From positions 27,962,001 through 28,026,000 of the forward strand of contig NW_024704747.1 in NCBI RefSeq assembly GCF_018977255.1: a stretch of 64,000 bases of DNA, written 5' to 3'. Under the pieces are notes generated by a model. The model had not been told where the DNA came from and did no database searches. It saw only the letters and a program-made list of their open reading frames with translations. Source of the stretch: Callorhinchus milii (lineage: Eukaryota). Position numbers and translations under genes: made by a program. This document shows positions 1 through 13,446 of this stretch, in pieces (positions within the stretch are counted from its first letter, which is position 1; every line of letters starts with the position of its first letter).

Positions 1-2969
1 TCAACTTTGTGCAGATTTTACAGTAAATAATTTTGTCTAAGTATTGATCACACAGCAAGTGTACTCTTAAGTTAAATAAAACTGCATTGTAGGTTTGTAA
101 TTGCACTTTGCAGACGTCAAAAGCCTTTGTTGTTGAATTAACGAGAGGAGACATCAAACCACGGAGGGAGAATTTCCTTAACCCTTTCATTGGAGTGTAT
201 CGGGCTTCAATTTGAATTTGGATAAAATTCTCTGCTGCATAATATACTGCTGTCATCGTACTTTTGTATAATAGTTGCAAGAATGAATTTAAAAGTTTGT
301 GGCTCATTCTCTAAAGCTAAAACCAATACAGTTAAACAAAAAAGCATCAAATTTCTAAACCATGAACTGAAGTGATTTTTAACCACTATTTTAAATGTTG
401 CTATCTCAGCATTTCTGTAAGCGTGGTACCTAATGAAAGGGTTAAAGACCGCTTGGTGATGTTATTGATTGCTGACGATATCCAAATATCTGTATTTTGT
501 AACAAAATTAATAAAACAATATTTTATACAACATCTCACTATTTGTTGTCACTGGCTCCAAAGTTGACCGATACATAAACAAGACTAATCTAATTCTGTT
601 TGGGTGCTGATTTCAAGCTGTAGTGCTTAAAGAATAATATATAGTGCTATATCAAATGCAAGGATTAATTATATTATTTAAGGTCCATCTTGGGTTTGAA
701 ATACCAGCCTTCTATCACTAGAGGTCTTCAGTGAGCTATAGGAATAATGGCAGGAAAGATTGATGGAGCATTTCAAAACACCACATGACCTGGGGACCAT
801 TTCTCAGTGAATTATTCATTCAATTATTACAGTCACTTGCTTAAAAGTTCTGTACGTTTGCTCTGTACATAAACAGGACTGGTCAGAAAAAAAACTAATT
901 TAATCAGTAGGAATGCATTCACATCAGAGTTTTGTAGCTGAGATTACCAGGTTGTAAATTGAGGAACTGATTAACAACAAACAACTTACATTTATACAGT
1001 GCTCCTCACCCAGAGAGCTTGATTAACAGAAAACCGGGTTCATCAAACTCCTTGTTTAAGGTCTTCAATTAAATTCAGTTTGAAATTATGACATCTGCGT
1101 AGTGGGCATTGGCATTAATAGATCTGTCAAGATATAGCGAACTGGTGAACCAGGCTCGATGGGCTGAATGACCTCCTCCTGTTATCCTATTCTATTGATT
1201 GGTAATTTAATAATTGCAAGCGCTTTTTTTGTGCTTAATTTGCATACAAATTCCTTAAGCAAATCGAGTGTCTTTCACGTTTGGATCAGCCTCGATCCAC
1301 AAGGAAAGCTGAACTTGCCCAACCTTAATCATTTTCACTGTTGGCTATCACCTTTCTAGCTTTATTAGAGGATCATAGACAATGGCACAATTTCCGACTG
1401 GAACGTAGGAAATTCCCTAAGGCTTACAGACGCCGATCTGTTCAAAGTGTGGTACAGCAACATTCCACCAGTCTGTACAAGTAAACAATCTAGACTGTGT
1501 TAACTTCGAAACTGTTTTGAAATAAATAGTCTACATTCAGGAATGCTTAGGGGGAGGCTGACACATTCGTGCCAAAAAAATTAATGTTTTGTTCATAATT
1601 ATAGAATATTCTCCCTTTCGTGTTATGCAAAAGCTTGTTTCACGTGAATGTTAAGCCAGTGAACGCAAGTCCCAAGGCGTACCTAATAAACACATTTAAT
1701 TACGAATGACCAGAACACTCTTGGATTTTTTCCACTAAAGTGTATACAGAAATAAGTTGGACAGTTTGGGATATTTACTTGGCAATGGATCAGGTCAAGA
1801 GAAGACATGCAAAAGAGTTATTGAAGTTTAACAGCAATTTTTGTTTACCAAACATAATAGTGAACCAAATGCATCTAAGGGTGCCACAGATTGATTGTAT
1901 AAAGCTTTCTTGAATAAGAAGTATCTGTTGGAAGGAATTGTTTGATGAAATGCAGGCTTGCTTCTGTGTCCTGTTGACTATTTTGTGTAATTAATCCTCC
2001 CGCCCTTCCTGTCACAGATAAACAAACACCGATCTTAGGACACTTGAGTTGCACTGTTCCCTCAGACACATGTAACTTGTAGGCACAGAATGGTCGATGA
2101 ACAATGTAAAGGTTTACAGGTTTTTAATTAGTGTCAATGAATACATACAATCTCTTTTCATCATAATAATAATGGTGTTTAATGATAGCCATGGGCATGA
2201 TACATGGCTTAATATAACGATCCATATAAAATACTACTATATTGTATTGCAACTTTAAACTGTTATCCATCTTTGTTTCATAACACAATTTGAGCAATGG
2301 ATTCCCATCTAGTTAGAGCAATCGGAGAAGGAGCTTGTTAATTCTGTGACATTTACTCAGTCAGCTGGTAGTTCTGCCTGATCATCTTAATCTGAATGAG
2401 GCTGCCAGATGGTTGGATGAATTATAATTCAATTCATATTCGCATCATTGTTAGTTCTCTCTGAAACGTCCTAGCTGCATGTTACAAGCTGCATGTTAAT
2501 TGTGTGTATGAGCTTCAATTCAACACTACATTACACTGGTGGTAATTAGTATAACTTCTGTACACTTGAAAGAATAATTATCATTATTTCAGGGAAGGAA
2601 AATGAGCTCAGTGTCCTTTATAATAATAACTTTCCTATCTTATCTCAGCACAAGCAATGGAGAATCAAAATCAAACTTGGGAACTACAGTATATGAGACT
2701 TTTCCATGGAAAGATCTTTCATTGCGTGAATAGCCTTGCAACAAGTTAACATTGTCGGATTCCTCCATGGCAAAGCTCAATGTAGAATTAAACTAAACAG
2801 ATTCATTGGTTTGATACTGAGTTTGTTTAGTCAGAGAGCGATGGTGGTTCAACACGTTTGAAGACAAAATACACAGTCACCACACTTTACAGTGAATCCT
2901 GTGAAGCGCTTTAGAGATGCTCCCAATGTTAAAGGCGCTATATTGAATATAAGAATTATTACTTTATTT

Positions 2970-3180
2970 GTTCCCTGACTTTTGGGTGGAGGTAGAAAAT
3001 CAGCCGTGGGTTCCCACTCCTGTTTGCTATCCAGTGATTTTTGGGTGTGTGTAGGTGTGTTCCAGTCAAATAGTTTGCTGATGTTTGTAGTCCAGACTCA
3101 CACATGAAGAGTCATCACTTGAATGAGAGCAGTTGGTGCCTGTGGACCTGTACACTACAGAGTCAGCATCTTCAGGAGAC
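2970..3180 (+). mobile_element. Ancient SINE (AmnSINE2-like) fragment; others at about 23740-23940, 30150-30210 and 59750-59915
   Basis: AAAATCAGCCGTGGGTTCCCACTCCTG..GCTATCCAGTGA...CTCACACATGAAGA..CCTGTGGACCTGTAC; parts are shared among the copies. Confidence 0.6.
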
Positions 3181-4214
3181 AAGTGGTGAAAATTTGCGGA
3201 GGATTTAAACAAAAAGAAAGTTACTATCTCATGGGTTATTGATATACATAAAAGTTTCACCACTTTGTGTGAGCGACAATCCTCTATTTTAACCTTAAAT
3301 ATTTGTAATGTACGTTTGCAAAAAAGGCTAAACTGTGATTTGACTTATTTAAAAGCACATCATGGTTTTTTTACTTAAAGATGGAAATTGATATTGTTCA
3401 GCCCTGATTATAAATAAATAAATACTGTCTGTGTTTAGTGTCTAATCACTGCTTCTCTTCCTGAGAGATAAAGTAGTTAACGTCTCACACAAATAATAAT
3501 AATGTTTTACATTATACTATCAGCATTCTGTATAAAAATAATGAGTTACAAAAGCAAATTTGTCTGGTTAAAGAGTGAACTATCCTAAACCTCAACCATA
3601 AAAAAATTAAAATATACAACATGTCAAACAAAGAATAAAATGTAGACAGGAAGACTTAATGTGAACTTTTAAAAATCTTAATAAATGTTTGGATTTTTCT
3701 TTAAACAGGCGAGCAAAAGATTTTCTATAAACAAACAAATGCGCATTTTTTTGTTTATTTCCTTCTTGTTGTTTTGAAATTTTCTTCCTCGTTTCAATTT
3801 ATTTTTGCGTGACCTGGACAGGTACAAATTGGTGTGTAATCTGCGCTAATCCAGAACCATCTGAATCCAGGACAAGTTGATTGAATCCAATTGCCTCGTA
3901 AACCTACAACCGACTCATATACTCAGACATCGCTGAATGAGGCCTTGTTGAACTTGACCTCAGTGAGTACAAACACACAGAGAAAAACACCGCCTTAAGC
4001 CAAGCTGTTCAGCTCGTCCCTCAGGCTCATTTTCCATGTGTTTCTACTTCGCTTGTGTGAAACGTATGAACCAGAACTGGCTATATTCCCACGTGGGACC
4101 CAGATTACAAAGTCCACACGCAGCAGCTGCGATGCAGGAAAGTGCGCAGATGTGACGTTTCCAAGTGGAGGAACACTCTGGAGCCTGCGACCACCCAAAA
4201 ACAGAGTCTCCTAA

Positions 4215-4856
4215 TGTAATAATACATTAAGAGCCCGAATTAATAAGTTATCCTTGAATCATTTCAGGTCATCAGATACATTTCTTTTTCTCATGCCGAA
4301 ACACGGCAGAGAATTAGCTGGAACACAAGAGCAAAAAAGGCAATCCGGCAGAAATTTCTAAACGGCAGAATATTCCAAGGATTGTAAAATCCAATTGAAA
4401 TCTGCACAATAGGATTAATAATAAAAATCATAATAATAATAATAATAATCCTTGCATTTGATATAGCGCCTTATCACGTCTTCTAGATGTCTCAAAGCCC
4501 TTCGCAGAATATACTGTAAAGTGAATTGACTGTAGATTTGTAGGTGAAACGCAGCAGCCAATTACACACAGCAGCGTCCCCACAAACAGTCGTGGATTGA
4601 AGTGACCAATTTTTTTTTTTTTTCTTGAGGGATTATTATCAGGCGTGTGTGGAGTAAGGAAACTTGCCCAATGTTTCGCCCCGCCTGGAATCGAACCCAG
4701 TTCTCTCGCTTGCGAGACGAGTGCTCTAACCACTGAGCTACAGGTCTCCACACAGGATTCTTTCTGCATGCGAAAAAGAACTGTACCTGATGACCTGAAA
4801 CCATGCTGCATTTTTCAGGATAACTTATTCATTCGGGCTCTTAATGTGTTATTACA
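4215..4856. repeat. About 85-bp inverted repeat pair (4215-4300 and 4762-4856); possible MITE with an inserted SINE
   Basis: TGTAATAATACATTAAGAGCCCGAAT..TTTCAGGTCATCAG..TTCTTTTTCTCATGC is the reverse complement of 4762-4856 apart from a few substitutions and one small indel. Confidence 0.8.
4430..4757 (-). mobile_element. tRNA(Ala-like)-derived SINE with L2-type tail; complete ends, short internal variant
   Basis: Minus strand shows A box TAGCTCAGTGGTTAGAG, anticodon-like loop CTCGCAA, B box GGTTCGATTCC, the GGGCAAGTTTCCTTACTCC box, and the tail ...GGCGCTATATCAAATGCAAGG(ATT)n. Confidence 0.9.
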
Positions 4857-5058
4857 CCAAGCCAGATCAGAGACGAACAACAGCAACTTGCATTTAAATA
4901 GCGCCCTTCGCTTTGCATCTCAGAGTACCAAAATGCAGAGACTGAGGGCAAAACCACAAACAAACATTATCTTGCTTAAAATTAGTTTGGAGAGAGTTAT
5001 GGAGAAGGCAGGATGACTCACTCGAGGCGGTACAGTTCTTTTTCTCATGCAGAAAGAA

Positions 5059-5215
5059 TCCTGTGTGGAGACCTGCAGCTCAGTGGTTAGAGCACTCGTC
5101 TCGCAAGCGAGAGAACTGGGTTCGAATAATCCTTCAAGAAAAAAAAATTGGTCACTTCAATCCACGACTGTTTGTGGGACGCTGCTGTGTGTAATTGGCT
5201 GCCGCGTTTCACCCA
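5059..5215 (+). mobile_element. Internally deleted inverted duplicate of the 4430-4757 SINE
   Basis: Same head and the same private substitutions. About 55 bp are deleted after GGTTCGA, the tail is absent, and the same 30-bp 5' flank is present (5029-5058). Confidence 0.85.
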
Positions 5216-7230
5216 TCGTTAAACTATAGTTCAACATTCAATATTGAAATCAATCGGTGCTATAATTTGATCTGAGCAGTCGCTTCACGAATGAGACCAT
5301 TTTATCCATTGGGAATCCACTAGATGTCCTCATAACACTTTTGCAGTTTTCTCCTTCACAAGAGCAGGCACAGACTTAGTTGTAGCCCATCTCTGGAACT
5401 GTAAAATCCACCGATGTTCCTCAACGTACACGCCAACCTGATCTAAACTATTTTTAACCCATGTTTTTACATTTTCTCACTGTCAGGCATTTTCCCCACC
5501 CACTCATTGCATGCAGCAAAACTAATAAATCACTGACTGAGGCCACATTTAGGATATTTGGATCTTATTTGGCATCTTTGCTAAAGGAGTGGGAAGCTTT
5601 ACTTGAATGGATCTGTTCTGAGATGTACGGTTGGGGATGGCAATTTGCATTTGGAGCCATTGGAAATGTCTGGAGAAGTGAAATAAGCCAACTGAACGAG
5701 AGGCAACAGGAGGAACGGCTTTGTGAGGACAGTGGAACGGTTTGGCTTCAAAGCTTAAAGCCTGTGGAGTTTTCCTATGTTCGTCCGTACACTATACCCA
5801 GTCATGAAGGCAATAACCAAAATGTGAAGCCAAGTTATTAATGTCAATTCTGCATTTTTATTCCTGCATTTTTATTCCATTGCTCCTTCAAAACTATTTG
5901 ACTCCATCTATTTGACTCCCATCTACTCCACGTTTATCAAGGCAAAGCAGAGGACAATTGACATTGTTGGGTACGACACTGATATATTATTTCTAAAAAC
6001 AGAGCGACTGTTGTTGTCTGTGTTAAATAAACACAAAACTCACCTGCAATTTGTTGATGGTAGCTTTTCCCACGGGAATACACTTGTTGCTGTGGTGGAA
6101 ATGTGAAATGACTTTGATACATAATAAAATAATAATAAGCCCTGCATTTGACACTGCGCCTTATCACGTCTTCGAGACGTCTCAATGCGCTTCACAGAAT
6201 ATACTATAAAGTGAATTGATTGTGTATTTTGTGGACAAAATTACTTTAGCATTGATGATAATTAACACCTCACATCAGTGTAAGTTTTGCAGGCAAAACA
6301 AGGCTAAGATTAGAGGAAAGAATTTTCTTCAGTGCTGTAAATTTCCATGGTTCTATGGGTGGCCCTCCATCTAGTGGCTTCACAAAGAACAGGTGAAAAT
6401 AAGTCAATTGAAGCAATTGAGCCCAAGTTTCAGCAGGAAAGTACACTATTCGAAGGAAAGGAAGCTGATGTGAATAGTTACGGTGAGAAATTCCTTGCGC
6501 ACTAAGAACTGAATACCATATTGACAATTTGTACCGACGATAGGATTTTTCCACTGTAAGTTTCAAAATAATTGTTCAGCATTGCAATTCTTTCTTCCTG
6601 CAGCCCACCTCTGCATCCCTAGCATGGCATGCTCCAAACCAAATATCAGATGTATTACAGCTTTGACCTTGACTTGTTGGAATTGGATTAAATTGAATTT
6701 ATGCGGTCTTAAGATATGAGAACTTTTTTTAATTAAAGCTGAACACATTAATTCTTTAATTGTAGCCACTCTGGTGTATCTATTCCCAAGGAAGCTGGTT
6801 TCTCCCAATGTGTTTAACAAAAAAAGTCTCTACATGTGACAGTAATTACTGTGAAGGGCTTTGAGATGTTTTGATGCGATCAGGGACTAAAAAAATGCAA
6901 GTTCTTTTCCAATCTGGGTTTTGCACTAAAATTAGGGTTTTAGTAAAACGAAATGGGTATAAGTTGGTCAAAACAGACAAAAACAGTTCGATTTGTATTG
7001 TAAACTAAATGCTTTTTCACCTCAGCAGGCTTTCCACGTTACCTTTTTTGCTGTGGGTTCTGCCCGGCATAGCAAACGGGTAAAAAAAAAATCATATCTT
7101 AGCAGCCTTAGGATATACTTCAGAACCAGTTCTAGCTGAACTGCTATCTGGTTACGTAAACAGAGCCTTACAAACCTGAGATGGTCTTTGTTTCTAGTCA
7201 ACCACATGGTGTTCCAGTTTTTCACAAGCT

Positions 7231-7380
7231 TCAGTGACCTGTTATCTTCCTATTATGTATTCTCAATGGGTTGGAATATTTGACTGGTCCTATATTCTCC
7301 TTCCTCACCAACCTATAAAGTGGTTTCTCCAGGCCAATACAGCACTTTATCATGTCACCAGACTTTTCTGTAAAGTGTAA
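7231..7380 (-). mobile_element. Decayed CR1 ORF2 C-terminal fragment
   Basis: Minus strand GDMIK...GLEK...RKITGH resembles the CR1 pattern RGDMIE..GLDK..RTRGH. Confidence 0.5.
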
Positions 7381-7984
7381 CGACTTTCTGTGGGACACTG
7401 CCGTGCGCAATTGGCTGTCGTCTTTTCGCCCACAAAATACACAGTCACTACACTTTACATCCTGTGAAGCGCTTTGAGACATCTCGAAGACGTAATAAGG
7501 CGCTATATCAAATTCAAGGATCCCCATTCAGAATAGCTGGACAAAGGGTAGATTTTGAAAGGTCTATGATGGGAGTGGGGCTCGATGGGCTAAATAGGCT
7601 TTTCATGTTTTTGGTTTCCAAGGTTAAGCGATAGGTCTGATCAAGATGAAAATCTCTGAGAAATTTAACACCTCTGTTACCTGTTACTTTTAAAAGCTAA
7701 TGAAGCTTAGAAAATTGAGCCCCTGGTAGATTGTTTGTGGCAAGGTTGGGTATTGAGAGTGTCAAGCTATTTAATCAATCATTTAAAGAGTCAATGGAGC
7801 GTTTAATTGCATAACAAATCAGTTGACAAAGCCCTGCTGATGTCTGTAGTTTGTTCATGTTTAGTTTAGAGTGCTCCACAAAGAAAGAAGCAAAAGAATG
7901 TTCGATGATTGCCCTACGCCCTTCACAGTTTATTCACACCTTGACCATTGGAGAAATGAGCGCATTGGTTTTAACAACTCAACA

Positions 7985-8240
7985 TCAACCTCATTGATTG
8001 CTTTGAGGAGGTGACATTCCCAGTTGACAACGTTATATACCTGGCAACTCCAGATCCATTAGCCTGATTCCCAATAATCAGAAAACTAATGGAACCAATC
8101 ATGATAAGCAAAACAGAGGGTTACCTGTATGTAAAATACAATAATAAATGACAGCTAACGCTGGTTCAGAAGGAGTCAATCATGCCTGAATAACCACATT
8201 GACCTTCTGAGGAGGTGACATTATAATTTAACAGCTCTTG
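7985..8240 (+). mobile_element. Two decayed CR1 reverse transcriptase fragments
   Basis: KLMEPI...GGTTCAGAAGGAGTCAATCATGCCTGAATAACCACATTGAC..TGAGGAGGTGACA corresponds to GFRRGRSCLTNLI.FFEEVT. The EEVT segment occurs twice. Confidence 0.6.
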
Positions 8241-10364
8241 AACATTGAAAGGAGACATCTATCTCTACGGGGACTTCATAGGGATATATTAGACACAGTG
8301 AGTGTGAGCTCAGAGATGATTCTTTATCAAGTAGAGACAGGATCCAGCTGATGAAACCCAGACAAGTCGCAAGATGGGGATAAAAAAAATGGAACTTGGA
8401 ACCACACTTTCAGATGCGGAAAAACAGCTGGTCAAGTACTGGGGAGTGCTGAGTAACTGGAGAACTGAAGGCACACCAAGCTCTTCCTTTTCCAGGTGTA
8501 AATAGCTTACTACTAATAATAATGATAATCCTTGGATTTGATGTAGCACCTTATCACGTCGCTACATCTCAAAGCGCTTCACAGAATATAATGCAAAGTG
8601 AATTGATAGTGTATGTTGTGGGTGAAATGTCCAAATGAAATGAAAGTGGTGTGTGTATGGGAGAGGCGGAAGAGTTGTGTGACTAAGGTCAGGATTGTGA
8701 AAGGAAAGTTTAAGAGAGGGATCCAGAAGTAATTCTATTTACAGCGGATAATTGACAGCTGGAATGGGTTACCAGGAAGTGTAATTGAGGCCAGGAAACC
8801 AGACTCATTTTAAGAAGCAATTTGATGATGTAATGGGAAGAGATGGTAAGGTCGTTAATTATGGAAAGATGAGCCAAAGAACTTTCTTCATTAGAAAACT
8901 CTTGATATTAAAGTTCTTATTTTTTCTTATGATTTTGAGTTGGGTTGCTCTTTTAATTCCGTAATGTCTTTGCTCATTTTAAATGAATATTATTAATAAT
9001 ATGAATTCTTAATGTATATTGTAAAATGTTAATTTGCAGCTACAGCAACTAAAATATTCCACAAACAAAATGAGTGAAAGATCTGTTCCTATCTGTTATA
9101 TTCCAAATAAAACATTGTGCTTTTGTAATTATATCCAGTTCTCATATTATCATTTGTGTTGCAATTGAGTTATATTCAACCGAGTTTACCAATACCATTG
9201 GAAACAATGTATTTTTCCTTAACACATGACAACTGTTGTTTGGGTTAGTTATCTGATGGTCACATTAAGTTTCTTTACAGTCTTATTCAAGTTCCTCGTT
9301 TATCTATTCTTGGTGTTCTGAACACTGGGTTAAAGATTGTGCAATTGTCACAGACTGTGATGTACAGTAAGGGGTGTATGAAATGCAAACTACAATTTTT
9401 CCACTGTTATTCTCACAGTAGTAGGGCATAGCAGACATCAAAGATCCCAAATAACCCCCTTGGAAGCAGAAGAGATGTTAAACAATGCAAAACAAATGGC
9501 GGAATCATGGAAAGTGAACCTGGTGGGAAGGATTTCAATAAGACACCAGGGACTGCATGATGGAGTGATAGAAAAAGATCCTTTGCTATGGAGATTTGTT
9601 ACCACAGAGGAGATTCAAAGGAAATACATTTTCTGTATGAAAGAGACATTGAAGACTTGGACAAAATGTAGGGTATAAAGGAGAAAACCTGAAAAGAAGA
9701 GCAATAATGGGGGAATATCAAGTGATATCAAATGAATGTGGGAGAAGATGAAACAGAACTTGGTCAACAGACGTCACGGAATCTGGCAAATGTACTACAG
9801 TGGGGTTGGAGAAAACAGAGAAAGAAAAAATACAAGGGTTGTTAAAAAAAAATCTCTATAGGGCTTGGTGATAGGAGTTGAGAAAAACAATAGAAGCAGA
9901 TGGAAGAAATGTCAGGAAATAAAGAAACTATTCAGGGATCTAATAATAATAACCCCTTGCACTTGATATAGCACCTTATCATGTCATTGAGACGTCTCAA
10001 AGCGGTTTCGCAGGATTTACTGTACAGTGGATTGACTATTTATGTGGGTGAAATTTGCATTATTTCTTAAATTCCCAATGAAATCAGCACTGAAACTAGA
10101 TCGGGTCAAAGTGGAGTCCCCCTTGCTAGTATGATGTACTTCAGATTACCAGAAGGAGTCTCTATCTGCACACCTTAAGATTTCTTCTTAAGGATTTCCA
10201 TTAGAAATATAGTACCACAAATTAGACTGTAATATCTATATTGCCTAATTCAACACCGTGAGCAGAGTGATACCTAATAATAACCCTTGCATTTGATGTA
10301 GCGCCTTAGCACGTCATTGAGAGCTTCACAGGATTTATTGTCAAGTGGAGTGACGATTTTGTTG

Positions 10365-10590
10365 GAGAAAGACACCAGGTTACTTGAAAAGTCACGCTCA
10401 AAGACAAATATAACTTTGGAAAATAGAGAGGAGACTTCATCAATGATGAAGACATTTGGGAAAACAGGCAAAGAATCACCATTGAAAGATGAGATTTTAG
10501 GGCAGAGTCAGCAACTGGAGAATTGGAAGCATGACATGTTCTTTATTGACAGGGGTGACTGGAAAGATAGAAAACAGCAGCAGTTTTGAA
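10365..10590 (-). mobile_element. Highly decayed L2-like reverse transcriptase fragment
   Basis: Minus strand reads LLLFSIF... in a pyrimidine-rich context resembling the region before the YADD motif. It is frameshifted. Confidence 0.35.
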
Positions 10591-13110
10591 ATGCACGGAT
10601 GTTTTATTCCCCCACGAATCGGTGGCCACCACAACTCAACGCTCCCATTTTATCTGACAATCCCGAGCTCTTTCAGGGAGCCATCTTGCCCCTGCCTTTA
10701 CTTCGCTTATCGTTGCCGTGGGCTTGGTGGTTTTACCTGGTTTTGGGGTTGTTGAATTATGTCACAAAGAATAAGACACTTAATCTGAAGGTTTGGCGAT
10801 TACCTGAACCAACTGTCTTGTGTTAAATATTGTACAGCATTCGTTAAGGAGAGTGACTCCCAAATGCTACGTAGTGACGAGGATTGGGGGTGGGGGGGGA
10901 ACACGTTCGTTATTGTCTTCGATAATTTTGAATTCAGAGGTAAGCCATTTGGGATAACCAATTAAACCAAGACCCACTGCTTTGCAAGGATTTACAACAT
11001 GGGTGCTCATGGAGTAAGCAGCTGCCTGGTCTATTTAGATGTATTGTTGTATGCTAATTAACCGTCCAAGAGCATTCAAATATCTCAGCCAGCTGTCTAC
11101 TGCATCCACAAACTAACCTAAAGCTCATGCTGTGCGTGCGCACAATCACCAAATGCTCTCTGGAATGTTTAGACCAACAAGGTAAGAATTACCAAAGAAT
11201 TTCAAAAGGCCACAAAGCACTTCAGGCCAGGAGTACTTTGGCTAAGACTAGAGCATCTGAAGGCTGCCGCATTATATATTCAACATTCTGCTAGAGTTCA
11301 AAGATGCAAGTCCAAGGAATTCTGTATCCAAATGTTAGCACTTGAGACTAAATACACATTTCAGCTCACACACAGCTTTAAGGCATGTTTTGCCTATGGA
11401 TTCAATTCAACTTGGTTTCGTGTTTTCAATTATAATCCAATTTAAAAGATGTGCACCGTAAGCAGTAATGAACACTTTGCTTGTTCCAAGAAGCAGACAA
11501 TAATGAAATAAATACAACACTGAAAAATTTGAAGAATTTTAACGACCCTCAATTTTAAAACATGTTGCAACCTTTTGTCATTTCGAGAAGAAAAACCTGT
11601 TATCTCTGCATTGTTGTCTGGTTTGCTTCGCTCTGTAGCTTTCTTTGATTTGACTTTTTGGCGAAACCATCATGCTTAGTATCTCCTGTTCATGAGAAAG
11701 GCAACACATTTCCATACAGAGGAAGATCATTTATATAATTTCACCTGCCTTTGAAACATTAACAGGATCTATGATCCTGGGATGTATAGGTCTCCTCTAA
11801 AGTGGGATGTTTAGGTCTCCTGTGCAACACACTCATAAGGTATCCTATTAATTTTATGATTATCTGATGGCTTTGACACTATCTAAATGCTGAGACTGTA
11901 AGAAATGTAATATTTCAACAATGTGGTGGGTGCAAAGTATTCATATACATTGTCTGGTTACAAATCGTGTCTAATGGCATAATTAGCAGATGGCCATTGA
12001 GTGTTGGAAAGAGATTTGGAGCCAAACAGGCAGTAGGAAGAACATTTTTAAATGTCCTCAGGACCAAGTTGCTAAAGCTCACGCTAAAGCTTACAGCAGT
12101 CTGGACTTTGGCAGTGGGATTGCAAACAAAATGAGGTGATGCTACCGTTTTCAGAAGTTTTGAGACCCACCTAAAGAGGGTGTGTTTCTTTTCTGGTGTC
12201 TCAAGACAGCAGTACATCAGGTTTCAATACAATACTGCTGGAGACAATGACGGACATCTTTTCTGGCCATCAGCCCATCTGTAAAGGCCCACAGTACTAT
12301 TATAATAATAATAATAATAATAATCATCCTTGCATTTGATAAAGTGCCTGATCATGTCTTCAAGACATCTCAAAGCGCTTCACAGGATAAAGTGAATTAA
12401 TTAGAAATAAACTCATGAGTTAGTTGTGGTTTTAAAATTGTACATTTTTTAAACGTCAGAGAAAGAAAGGTCTTCGTTCGATTTGATCTCATCTTTCTAG
12501 AATATCAACCTATCATCTTCCCATTTGAGAATTAAGCTGTTTATTAAATGTGTTCAGTGTCCTGTTCTCAATTATTATTCTTTAGTAACCCCTAAAGAAA
12601 TATGTTGTGTCATAACATTGGTCTTAGTATCCCTTCTGAAGCTGTGCATTCTGACCCTGCTACTTTGGCAGATCTGAAAGTGAGTGTGCTTATTTCTATT
12701 CAGTTTTTCTGTTGTTTCAGCTGCTGAACAAACTACGCAATACAATACAAACAGGGCGCTAGAAGCTTCGGGGCATCGCCGTATAACAGAACTTCTTTTC
12801 CAAACAATTTGTAATATAATAGTATCAGGGTAAGCCTTTCAGCTGGTTTCGGAAATCTCCTCAAGCACGAAACCGTGACAATGAACGTGTGAAAATCTAA
12901 TGGCGGAAAATGTAAATCATTGATGTGAATGGCAAACTGCATTGCAGTCTAATGGCCTCTGTCTTTATGTGAAAGCATCTGAGACCAAATGGCTATAATT
13001 GGTCAGGTTCTTACAAAATCTGTTTCTCCTCTAATTGAGCTGCTTTCCAGTCAACTCTTGGGTTTGCTAACTTTCTGAACTCTGAAGCCTGTGTCTGAAA
13101 ACCTGGGCTA

Positions 13111-13446
13111 CAGCAACAACAACATCTTGCTTTTACATAGCGCCCCTCGCACAAGGTAGCGTCCCAGAGCACGAGTCAGTAACGCAGCACGATGTCGAGG
13201 AGGGGGGAGGTGACCGAAGACACGGTCGAAAAGAGAGATCTTCAGGCGCGACCTGAAGATAATAACAATCCTTGCATTTGAAAAAAGAGCCTTATCACGT
13301 CTTCGAGACGTCTCAAAGCGCTTCACAGAATATACTGTAAAGTGAATTGACTGTATATTTTGTGGGCAAAATGCGGCAGCTAATTGCGCACAGTAGATAG
13401 GGAAGGATGGGGCAAGGTGGAGGGATTGAGGGAGAGAGTTCCGCAG
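13111..13446 (-). mobile_element. L2 3' fragment split by a nested SINE (13259-13394)
   Basis: L2 tail and 3' end at 13111-13258. L2 sequence resumes at 13395-13446 (GAGGGATTGAGGGAGAGAGTTCC). Confidence 0.8.

Noticed and set aside
3066-3263. Minus-strand 65-aa ORF as an exon of a neighbouring gene such as STAM2
   Set aside because: It is antisense to an ancient SINE relic. I recognised no STAM2 or other peptide upstream of FMNL2.
4680-4750. tRNA-Ala-like sequences (also 5065-5125, 22260-22325, 37085-37148)
   Set aside because: They are SINE heads fused to the SINE body or truncated, without a proper acceptor stem, so they are not tRNA genes.
4787-4802. CTGATGA-CCT-GAAA, and its inverted copy at about 4262-4275, as a hammerhead
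   Set aside because: Only 3 nt separate the boxes, so stem II cannot form.
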